From Epithemia pelagica (taxonomy: Eukaryota; Protista; Bacillariophyta), in assembly GCA_946965045.2 (NCBI GenBank), contig OX337233.1:930001-994000 (forward strand): a stretch of 64,000 nucleotides of DNA, given 5' to 3'. The notes below the pieces were generated by a model. It worked only from the letters and a program-made list of their open reading frames with translations, was not told the origin of the DNA and did no database searches. Below, in pieces: positions 1 through 9,961 of this stretch (position 1 is its first letter; each line of letters opens with the position of its first letter). Position numbers and translations under genes: made by a program.

Positions 1-765
1 TTTGTTTGCTGAATCGGTTTTGATTCGACTGGAAGCTTGTTTAATGAGCTCTGGTTGGATCCTTGACACGATACATAACTTTTTCGTTGGCGGCATTGGA
101 GAGGAAGATGACGAGGATGATGTAAGATATAGAAACTAGTTGGGGAATGATCCTGTTGCTTCCCAATTCGTTGGTGGGAATCAATTTCAAAGTCCATGGA
201 GTGTTCTCGTGTGATCATCCTGTGGACAGATGATGGGTCTGTCTTCTTGTCTGCATGATGGTTGTCTCTTGTCACAACGAGCGACAAGGATGCTCTCGGT
301 TTATTCCTAGGAATCCATAGGATGCAAGTCATGAGAGGTTGCCTCTCTGCCAAGAAGAACCGCGATGCAAGGACGATCACTTGTCGAAGGATCCGGAATG
401 TTCTTGCTATTGACGTAGGCTGTGACCCTACTTGTACGGTCGGTATTGGTAGAGGCAGAGGTGATGGTGGTATGCTTCCTTTCAATCCACACACTCCGCC
501 AACATTGGAACAAGGAGGAAGCACACCACAAAATGAGAGATGTCGAACAACGTAATCGGTTGTCCCCCAAACTTCCGGACGAGCATGCGGGCTGGCGCGC
601 CATGCCTTTTGAACTATAATTGAAAGTGTACTGATCAGAACTCAAACGTCGGCCAACCACACGGCTCCCTCTCCGCATTCTAACTCTCTCCTCTATTGTA
701 TTAGTATTACCCCTCTATGTCTATGACGCATCGTCATACTCCTAACTCATAACCCCTTTTCGGGT

Positions 766-1953
766 TCATTTCTTGCCCTTCATCTCCTTTTCTCGTTTCT
801 TCAACCAAGCCTTTTTTCGATTCATGAAGTTGCCTTGTTTGTGAAATCCCTTTGGCAACTGGAACGCAATGGCGAGAAGAGGGAAGATATCATGTGACGT
901 GCAAACTTCCAAAGATCCGGCGGATGCTTTCTCTTCCAACATTGTTTGCATGGTTTGTTGAAGGGAGATCGTGTTGGGCATCATGAGCTTTCCCACAGTA
1001 TCGGCTTCATCCTTGGAAAAGTAATAAGGTGTCATGAAAGGCGTGACCCCATCTTCCCAGGGGATCGTGAGGCGCTCCTGGGCAGTTGCAAAGTCTAACA
1101 GATCCGAGGCCCAGAAAAGAATTTTCTCCCAAAGTGCGTTGTCTGCTTTCATGTCTTCTAGGCTCGCTTCCCGAAGAGTTGATGACAAGAGGTAGTCTCG
1201 AAATTGGGGTCGGAATTTTCCAGAATGCTGTAAAAACAATGCCGTCCAAACATGCTGTTTGAAAATAAAGCTGAGCTGTCGTCCACCTTTACATGTGACC
1301 CGCTTCAACTCCAGATTGAAAATATTTCTTCCTGCTTCCGTTTCGGTACGGACGAAATTTTCCAATGATTCCAAGCTCATGCAAAGAACATCACCTTCCC
1401 TGTGGCGCTTGGGGAAGAAAACCGCAATAGGATCTTCAATTTCCTGTACGTCTTGAAAGGTGAAAGGGTCCATGTCATTGATGCATGACTCGAAATCAAT
1501 TGTTGCCTCGCTTGTTCGAGAGATTGTGGAAAACGATTGGCTAAGACCGACATCTTGGTCCGTTCCGTTGCTGTCTTTTGAGGGAGAATTGTCCGGAGAA
1601 GTGTTTGGAGAAGACTGATCCGCCTTTCGGAATTCAACCTTGGTCACGCCGTAGCCTTCAAAGAGATCTTTCAAGCGATCGTAAAAGGTTGGGATAGTTA
1701 GGTGGACCTCGATCCAGGTTTCCGTGTCGGTGAAGAACAGCCAACAGCGCACACCTTCCATGGGAGGATGAGAACAAGCGGACATTTCCACCAAGCATTG
1801 GTACAGCTGCGCCGGGCTCTCTGCTTCAGTGGGCTCAAAGTGTTGGCCAAACAGCTTTCCCTCGAACGTCTTCATTTCTTTCCTTTTGTTGGGGGTCTTT
1901 TGTTGTGGTTGATGCTTTGTTTGTTTGCTTTTTTTGTTACTTGATGGTTTCAT
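766..1953 (-). CDS. Hypothetical protein (395 aa) with lysine-rich N- and C-termini
   Basis: Long uninterrupted ORF with protein-like composition and basic termini (KKSKQTKH..KRKEMK; KKAWLKKREKEMKGKK). No family recognised. Confidence 0.6.
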   Translation of the reverse strand: MKPSSNKKSKQTKHQPQQKTPNKRKEMKTFEGKLFGQHFEPTEAESPAQLYQCLVEMSACSHPPMEGVRCWLFFTDTETWIEVHLTIPTFYDRLKDLFEGYGVTKVEFRKADQSSPNTSPDNSPSKDSNGTDQDVGLSQSFSTISRTSEATIDFESCINDMDPFTFQDVQEIEDPIAVFFPKRHREGDVLCMSLESLENFVRTETEAGRNIFNLELKRVTCKGGRQLSFIFKQHVWTALFLQHSGKFRPQFRDYLLSSTLREASLEDMKADNALWEKILFWASDLLDFATAQERLTIPWEDGVTPFMTPYYFSKDEADTVGKLMMPNTISLQQTMQTMLEEKASAGSLEVCTSHDIFPLLAIAFQLPKGFHKQGNFMNRKKAWLKKREKEMKGKK

Positions 1954-2452
1954 GCACGGTGATGGTGTAAAAAACTCTTCTCCACGTTTCGATGGTGTAA
2001 AAAAAACTCATCTCCACGATACGAGCGAGGCATTACGATTCACAAGATGTGTCAATGGAGCGCGAGCCGTTATTATAAAATCAAGGAGCGGAGGATGGGG
2101 CAGACATATTATGCACCTCTGGGTAAAAATGGAAAATCCGAGGTGAGTCAACGGAACTCTGCGAAATCCCGTTTTGGAACAAAGGACGATGTCTCTGCGG
2201 GATGTGTCTGCCGTCGCTCTTTGGATTGGAGATTTGCTTTCGAGCTATACGTGATCAATATAGTTCTCTTGCGGTTTCCCTGATTGTGGCTTTTGGTAAG
2301 ACGTTTCGAATCTGCTCTCTCTATCCACTGTTTGACAGACAGAAAATGAGACAGAGAAATAGATCAAATACAGATCTATTCTAGAAACTTGGACACAACT
2401 AGTTATGGTCTCCTTGTCAAAACGTCCTAATAGAGAACTTGCATGTGTTGCC

Positions 2453-3523
2453 TTACAATTCAAACTCTTCTTGAACCGTTTCCATGAGGTGCAAAATCTC
2501 TTGATCCGAAATGGTGGGAGCACTGTCCCGACCGGCCATGAGCAAGGCATCGGCCCAGGCATCGGGCAACCAGGAAAAGAATTGAACAATCCCACTCATG
2601 CCTCCGACCGTGTATCGTGTTTGAGGAGTGGGGGACCGCATTGCATGCACCACGGCTTGCGAGGTGACTCGGGGTGACGGACACTCGTCGACGGCACCCT
2701 TGCCAAATTGACGCACCGATGCCACTTCGTGTGTGGCATAGACACCGACGCCTCGAAATGTAATGAGCTGTTTCAAGGTATGAAAAATCGGAGTTCGAAT
2801 GTAGCCCGGTTGCAAGACCGAGACGGACACACCAAAGTCCCAAACTTCACGACGCAAGGAATCCATCAAGGATTCCACCGCAAATTTGGAACTCGAGTAA
2901 GCACTCATAAAGGGCGAAGCAAATCGGCCCGACAGAGACGTGTTGCTGATAATGCGGCCCTTGCGACGGCGAATCAGGGGAAGAAAGGCTTTGGTGACTT
3001 GAAGCAAGCCAAAGTAGTTGACTTCAAACACGTGCCGAACCGTATTCATGGGGATATGCTCGATACTGCGACCTTCATCGTCATAAACCGTGTTTAGAAC
3101 ACCAGCATTGTTGAAGAGTCCATACAAGCCATGTTCGTCACCGACAATCGATCGAACTTCCTTTACTGCTGCCTCAACTTGTTCCGGCTTGGTCACATCC
3201 AACAAAAGGGGCTTGATTTTGGAAGCGTCAATCTCAAATTTGGTGGCAGATTGCAACAATTCCTCTCCATGTTCCATTTTTCGCACTCCACAAAACACTG
3301 TAAAGCCCTCCTTGGCCAATGTCAAGGCAGCATGCTTGCCAATACCCGTATGTGCTCCAGTGACCACAATGGCATCGCCTTGCTCAATGGGAACAAAGGA
3401 AGAAGCGCGAAGATACCAAGTGGCCTGATACGTGACAATGGCGACCACGAGACTTATGAATATTGTTCGAATAGAAAGCATGGTGAAATGACTCTTGTTC
3501 AGGCAGGATGGTTGTGGTTCCAA
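2453..3523 (-). CDS. Short-chain dehydrogenase/reductase (retinol/17-beta-HSD-like) with N-terminal hydrophobic anchor
   Basis: TGAHTGIG (TGxxxGxG), NNAG and catalytic YSSSK motifs; N-terminal hydrophobic helix. The start may be the second Met at 3481. Confidence 0.92.
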   Translation of the reverse strand: MEPQPSCLNKSHFTMLSIRTIFISLVVAIVTYQATWYLRASSFVPIEQGDAIVVTGAHTGIGKHAALTLAKEGFTVFCGVRKMEHGEELLQSATKFEIDASKIKPLLLDVTKPEQVEAAVKEVRSIVGDEHGLYGLFNNAGVLNTVYDDEGRSIEHIPMNTVRHVFEVNYFGLLQVTKAFLPLIRRRKGRIISNTSLSGRFASPFMSAYSSSKFAVESLMDSLRREVWDFGVSVSVLQPGYIRTPIFHTLKQLITFRGVGVYATHEVASVRQFGKGAVDECPSPRVTSQAVVHAMRSPTPQTRYTVGGMSGIVQFFSWLPDAWADALLMAGRDSAPTISDQEILHLMETVQEEFEL

Positions 3524-3854
3524 TGAACACAGATGAAAGATTATAGATGATGAATGATGATGGGGAATGGGGATATGGGATGTTTACGTCAGACGTGGTG
3601 GTGGTGGACGCGCGAACATCCCGTTGCTTCCGTTTGGTTCCGCGAGCATGCCAGCTGCACGTATGAGTCACAGTGGAGTGGATGTGTGGCTGGAGTCTTG
3701 CTGGGGGTCTTTGTATCCAAGAAAGATTCGGGTGTGTCTTCTTCTGAACAATGCGAGACATGGGGAGATGGTATCAAGAATCAAGAAGGCTCCCTTGACT
3801 GATGCTAAATCTATGCCTTCAAACGAAATGGAATGAACCGGGAAGAGTGATACA

Positions 3855-5057
3855 ATGACGATTGTTCCAGATTCTAATGCGCTCGTCGCATCTTCTACTT
3901 CTTCTTCCTCCTCCGAACCTGCCCGTCCGGCTGCGACGGCAAAATATCATCGAAGCCCTACATTGATACGAGCGCAATCCAGTAAATTTTCGACTCCCCT
4001 GTCACCCTTTTGGAGGTTTGTCGGATGGACCCTGGCCTTGTGGACACCGGCCCTCTTTTACATTGGTCCTCTTCTCCTGGCGTTGCCTCCCATTTTGTAC
4101 ACGGTCGCCTCTCCCACCATTGCCTTGCTGGTATTGGCAATGGACCTTGTGTTGATGTTTTATCCCCATCGTCCATGGCCTTGGTTTCGACGTATCTATC
4201 AATTGTGGTATCCTCTCTTTGATTTGCATCACAATCTCTTGGTTCCACCCAACAATCCCAGTGCCCCCGTGCCCATTTCGGACGACTTGGCCAATCGCTT
4301 GTGTATCTGGACCATGCATCCGCATGGTGTCATTCCCATTCAAGCCTTTTTGTGGATGGCCTTTGCGGACCAATACGTGCCTAGTTTATATGGATTCGGT
4401 GCCACCACCGATGCGGCCCTGCGACTCCCCTTGTTGCGACAAGTCCTACTGTGGGCCTCGGTTCGGTCGGCCCAACGCCATGTCTTGCGTCATGGTTTGG
4501 AACACGATAAGCAAAGTCTCTTTTTGTTTCCGGGTGGTGTCGCCGAAATCTTTTTGGCCCAACCGGGGACCCATCGGATTCAGATTAGTCGTCGACGAGG
4601 ACTCATGAAATTGGCCCTGCAAACGGGGGCAGCACTCGTGCCCATTTATGTCTTTGGTGGCAATGACTTTTATCATCAACTCCAAGGCGGATTGGGATTT
4701 TTGGAACACATGTCGCGATCGGCCAAGGCTGGATTGACCCTCTTTTGGGGCCAGTATGGCTTGCCCATGCCCTTTCCAGTCCAATGTAGCATGGTCTTGG
4801 GCGATCCCATTTTTCCCGTGCTGGAAGATGCTTCTACTAGTATCAAGGAGGAGGAGAAGGACGACAAGATCCAGAATCCAGAGACACGACAAACAACAGA
4901 CGACACTTCCCCAAAAACAACATGTCCCAAAATAGAAAATCCAACTGACGAACAACTAGAAGAATTGATGCAACGCTACATGGATGCCATGCGTCGTCTC
5001 TTTGATCAATACAAGGATCAAGCTGGATATCCCAATGCTCAACTTGAAATTCGGTAA
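3855..5057 (+). CDS. DGAT2: Diacylglycerol acyltransferase type 2 / MOGAT-family acyltransferase
   Basis: HPHGV motif, FPGG, RRGLMKLALQTGAALVPIYVFG motif and N-terminal TM segments. Confidence 0.85.
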   Translation: MTIVPDSNALVASSTSSSSSEPARPAATAKYHRSPTLIRAQSSKFSTPLSPFWRFVGWTLALWTPALFYIGPLLLALPPILYTVASPTIALLVLAMDLVLMFYPHRPWPWFRRIYQLWYPLFDLHHNLLVPPNNPSAPVPISDDLANRLCIWTMHPHGVIPIQAFLWMAFADQYVPSLYGFGATTDAALRLPLLRQVLLWASVRSAQRHVLRHGLEHDKQSLFLFPGGVAEIFLAQPGTHRIQISRRRGLMKLALQTGAALVPIYVFGGNDFYHQLQGGLGFLEHMSRSAKAGLTLFWGQYGLPMPFPVQCSMVLGDPIFPVLEDASTSIKEEEKDDKIQNPETRQTTDDTSPKTTCPKIENPTDEQLEELMQRYMDAMRRLFDQYKDQAGYPNAQLEIR

Positions 5058-5531
5058 ACCTCGACAAACTCGACAGGTACACCATGTGCTCGTACTATAC
5101 TACAATTTGGTGGTTCCTCACACAAGGAATAGACCCACCAACGCGGTCCAGCACCCAAAATCAACCCAAGACTGACGAGTTGCGCTGTCATTACCTGATC
5201 AATTTCCGTAATTGGATCTGCTTCCCCTGTTCGAAAACACATCGAAGTTCAACCACTCCAGACAATCATACCACTGAATAAAGGAAGAATACCTACAGTG
5301 GGTCCAAGGCATTTGACCAGTAGATATTGTACATAAAGAAGCAAGATTTAAAACAGAAAGTGTAGTTATGGTTCTCACTACGAACTCTTCAACAGTTCTT
5401 GTCGTCTAACATTTGATCCGACTCTACTAAAGGGTAATCTAATTCACAAGAGCTAAACCATCCGGAATGGCACACAAGCCAATCAAAACATAATGTTCTG
5501 CAGTGACCAATCAGTCTCCATCCTCGTCAAA

Positions 5532-6464
5532 TCAAAGCTGTTGAGCGGAAGGATATTGAGGTGGTGCCGAGTAGATGGGAGTGGCATGAGCCGAGGGATA
5601 GTTGTTATTGCTGCTGCTGTAAGTGGGAGAGGGGACATCGAGTGCCGATGCAAAATTGTTGTCATTCTGCGCCTCGTTGACGACGGCAATTTCCGTTTCG
5701 GCCACTTTTTCCGCCACAGGAGCCGAGGAAAACTCGACAGTAAAGACATCGCCGGGTCCAAAGCCATCGGGTACTATAACTTCATTTAATCGGCCATCGG
5801 GAGCTTGTACATGAATCGCTTGTCCAGCCTTGACACCCTCAGGGATTGTCACTACAATAATATCAAAAGAAGCCGATTGGAATTCAGTAGAAAAGAGTCG
5901 TATATTTTGGTAGCAACGAGGTGAGTCCAAAGAGAAACAAGGGTAAAAAAAACCGATATGTGATGGAGTATTGCCACCTACCTTCAATATATTCGGCCGC
6001 GGGGCCTCCTGATTCTGGATGGGATGTTCCATCCTTGCGCACCAAGGTCAAGGCATTGCCTCCCCCATAAGTCACAAAGTGCGCCGTAGCTTTGCCGTTG
6101 GAATCAAAATCCTGTGCGGGTGGTGTATACGGGGCATGTTGAGGCCGACGATTGCCAGGGTAATCTCCTCCCAATTTTCTCTTTTTGGTTTCTTGACCTG
6201 TCACTGGATCCACCACATACTGTGCAGAAAAGAAAATGGCAAATGGAATCAACCAGAGTGAGTAACGATTTTCACTGAAAATTGCCTGGGTTCCAGAAAG
6301 CCTAAGAAGAAAGCAATAGAGAAGGAAAAGTCAAACAACCAGGGCGATAGAGAACTCTCAGTCTTCCGGTGGCATGCAAGAGGGCTTGCCCTATGGAACA
6401 GCGAATAGAGAGACGCTGAATGGAACTGCCATGAACTTACCTCGGTCGATGACGTACAACCCAT
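5532..6464 (-). CDS. Three-exon, putatively N-myristoylated/palmitoylated protein (exons 6464-6441, 6219-5982, 5851-5532)
   Basis: MGCTSS start fits MGxxxS with Cys3. GTAAGT and GTAGGT donors with CAG/TAG acceptors join in frame (phase 0, then phase 1). Carries a VTIPEGVKAGQAIHVQAPDG..VIVPDGFGPGDVFTVE beta-rich module and a Pro/Tyr/Ser tail. Confidence 0.72.
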
Positions 6465-7149
6465 TCTACTAGATTCAAGTACTCAACGATTCAACACCAA
6501 GTCTGAATTTCAATGCAATATCTCTTTGTTCGGTTGGGCTTCCTCAATTGTTGTTATCCAAATCGTGTTGGGTTGTGTTGCGGAAGCACTTTCTGCATCC
6601 GCGACCAGCGACCAGGCTTCCAATCCCGCCCGCGCATTCGCGCTTTGTTACTGCTACCCCCTTCTCACTCCAACGGCTCTATATCGTTCCAAGGCCATCA
6701 TCCGTTTGTCATCTTTCTTCGTTCCTTGTTTCATGATTCCACTTCACTCGACTCTTCTACCTCATGGTCACGACACTACTGCTCCTAGATCTACACGAAC
6801 AAATTTTTCGTTTGTTCGAGACTCTACCGTGAATAGGATACATGTCCGTTGCAAAGTTCCAGGCAACTCGACGCATTCAGAACAAGCTCAATGCTCAGAA
6901 AGTTTGTACTGTCTATAGACAAGGTCCATTCGAACTCAAGGGACTGTATAGATTTTACTTTTGTTGGTTTCTCTATCATTTATGGGGTTCGCCTGATGGC
7001 TAACTAAACTTGTTGACAGATCATTTGCAAAGTAGTATGTACATGGTGTTTGCGACACCGAGAAGTGTGTGCGAGTGAAAGTAGAGCGGTTCCTAAAGCG
7101 TTTGGACGGCGACCCCTTGCATTCCTTCCTTGTTTCGAATACACATCTC

Positions 7150-7542
7150 TTAGAGAAGTTGCATCATTCGATTCGCTGGAATGGCACCCGCCTCATTTCC
7201 TTCTTCTTCAAAAATAATTTGCAAATCGCGATGACTCAGTCGATCATTCAACCCAATGTTTCGTAGCACTTGTTGCAAGCCTTCCATACACACGGCATCT
7301 TCTGGTGCTGTCTTGTTCGAGGTGGATGTACATGCTGCCGTAACAATGTCTTTCTTGAAACGCCGGGGAATCTCTTGAGTGTAATGTACGAGGCGATATT
7401 CTTCCAACAGGTCATGAAGTCGACCTGCCGCATCGTGTCCTTGTTGGCTGGAAAGACCACGAACGGTCGTGTGCTGAACGGATGTACATGTGGCTCGACG
7501 AGCAAGCGCAAGTCGACGAGAGGCAATGGAAAGTGCATTCAT
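7150..7542 (-). CDS. Small protein with a mitochondrial-type presequence and a degenerate EF-hand-like C-terminus (paralog of 9025-9426)
   Basis: Arg/Ala/Ser-rich, acid-free N-terminus. Core LEEYR..Y.QE.P.RFKK.IV.A..EGL.QVL.NIG..DRLS..DLQIIF..EGNE.GAI is shared with the ORF at 9025. Confidence 0.78.
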   Translation of the reverse strand: MNALSIASRRLALARRATCTSVQHTTVRGLSSQQGHDAAGRLHDLLEEYRLVHYTQEIPRRFKKDIVTAACTSTSNKTAPEDAVCMEGLQQVLRNIGLNDRLSHRDLQIIFEEEGNEAGAIPANRMMQLL

Positions 7543-9024
7543 CTTGTATGTATGGCTGATGACCAAGTTTCAATTTTATGAAGCAATGTTGTTGATGTCG
7601 ATCGAGAAGGATGAATGATGACTGGGTATGGTCTGAAGCAACAAAATACGACAAGAGATGATGGTTTCGTGTCACAGAGTTTTGACTCTTTGCATCCACA
7701 ATTCTGGATGGTGTCTGTTTTGTGAGCGAAAGGAGAAGGGATGGTGGAGAGAAAGCGAACGAGTGGCTGAGCGGGTTTGCGAGCGGTTGTTCCTTTTGTC
7801 TCGTGTCGCTTCTTACGCACGTTGGGCTGGGTATTGTAGTCAGCGCGACCCATTGACTCATGCTACCTATCGTGGACCGGAAACCGGAACTACGAATACT
7901 CCATCTGTCTAATCGTACGGATAGATGGAGTATTCGTGATTCAACAAGCTAAGTCGCTTAAGCAATGGATGCAGACTAAGTCAGGATTTCTCACTTCTGC
8001 TAGCCTTACAAGCTCGAACGGGTTGTTGTTCCTGGAACAAACTAGGTACTCCTAGTAAACCGAAACAATCACAATCTATCCAATCTAATCATCCTCCATG
8101 GTTAATCATCATGGGACGAATCCGACCGACAAGTCGTTCTCTAATCCATCATGCTTCAACCTTCATCGCATCCGCTATCCGCCCACGTGTCTCATTAGCG
8201 GCCAACCGTCAACGTCAACCGTCCTGTGGCACTTTCCATTTTCCATGTCCGTGCGAAGTTCCGAAAGAATGCTCCAGTCAAAGCCGAACTTCACCGTGTG
8301 CGTCATTTTTTTGGACATTCAACCCAATCGGCATCATGAGATTCGTAGATTTTGATTGGACCAATCGATGCGCCAGAAGAAAGTCACCGCGGACTCGGAC
8401 ATTATTCCAGAAACAGGGAGCAAAAAAGTGTACAACAGAGGACACACGTTATGAACACATGTCTGTTGTCATGAATGCATGTCTGTTGTCTGGGCCACTG
8501 TATCGGAATTTGGAATCTCGCAATCAGCTGCAGTCATCTGCAACTAAGGACAAGTGGTATAAAGAGGACATCATCGATCGGGAGAAGGTACTCAAATATT
8601 GAATTATATGTAATATGAGACATCAGTAAGACTGTCAAATGACTCCATATCGTAGCTCTCGAGTCGCGCTGCGACATGTGTGAGTCAGGAAACCGGAACG
8701 GCCGACTCAAGTTTTCATGAGACATGGAACACACCGCGAGAATTCTGAGAAATGGTGTCCGGAAGTGTTCTGTTTTCTGTTCGCCTTGAGCCACCGCATG
8801 GATGTCAACACAAGTCATCCAAACTGCACCGACAACAGTTCCGTTTGCAGTTTTGAGAAACTTCATTTGTTCGCATAAAACCAACCTCGAGACAAACTGC
8901 ACACCCGTTTGCACAAGCGATCACAAAACCCATCATCAGATATCCGATCCGATCCAATCCGATTTGACACATAAACTCCAACACGTATCTTTGCTGATAA
9001 CAACATCAAGTCTACAAAAAAATC

Positions 9025-9426
9025 ATGATTGCGCTTCAAACTTCTCTTCGCCGACTGACAACGTCCTCCTCTCTCTATACCATGGCCGATATGGGTTCCT
9101 CCATCACACATCGCATCACGACATCGTGTTCCTACTCGACTGGCTTTGAGGCCGCCACTTCTCGACTTCACAACGCTTTGGAAGAGTATCGTCAAGAACA
9201 TTATATCCAAGAACTTCCCATGCGCTTCAAGAAGGAAATCGTGGCCGCTTCGTCACAGGCAGCACAAAAACAAGAAAAACAAGTCTACATCGAAGGCCTC
9301 CATCAAGTTCTCTGCAACATTGGCATGAGAGATCGATTGAGCTTGCATGATTTGCAAATTATCTTTGACAAGGAAGGAAACGAAAGCGGTGCCATCTCGA
9401 TGGATCGGCTGTATCAAATCATTTGA
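9025..9426 (+). CDS. Small protein with a mitochondrial-type presequence and a degenerate EF-hand-like C-terminus (paralog of 7150-7542)
   Basis: Same conserved core as 7150-7542, in divergent orientation. Confidence 0.78.
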   Translation: MIALQTSLRRLTTSSSLYTMADMGSSITHRITTSCSYSTGFEAATSRLHNALEEYRQEHYIQELPMRFKKEIVAASSQAAQKQEKQVYIEGLHQVLCNIGMRDRLSLHDLQIIFDKEGNESGAISMDRLYQII

Positions 9427-9961
9427 AGAGACCCCTGAAACTCGTCCTGAAATGCACATACTCCTATATAGTTTTGAACATACACTGAAAAAGGGGCTGG
9501 GACATGCGAGACACTCTCGTCATGTAGAAACAAACACAATGATATGTAGATAAGCCAAAAGTCTCATAAAATCCATTAATTTGCATAGTCAACAAGGCAA
9601 ACATTCTTTTACGGGTGCACAAAGACTGACTATGCCGGCCAAAATAGGAAGCATGCTAGACTCGACTTTCTCAAAAGAAGACTACCATCTATATACTAGG
9701 CAAGTACCATGCGGCCGAGGAAATTGGCTTCCACGTGTCCTGCAGACTCCATTGCGACCATTGTTTTTTATCCTTCACTGGTAGCACAATGAAAACAGAA
9801 CGTTAACCAGAACACAAGGTACGATAGATGGTCCCCTGTTGGCAGGTTGGAACGGTGCAATAATAGCGCGCTAACATTGTCAAGAAAGGTAGAGAGAGAG
9901 ATGATCCACCGAGGGGTGTGAGTTGTCACTTGTCGGTGCTGCACATTCCCATACCGCGTTT

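Noticed and set aside
1-700. Short ORFs at the window start (262-555, 307-678, 422-619)
   Set aside because: No recognisable motif or convincing splice model; a gene running off the window edge cannot be excluded.
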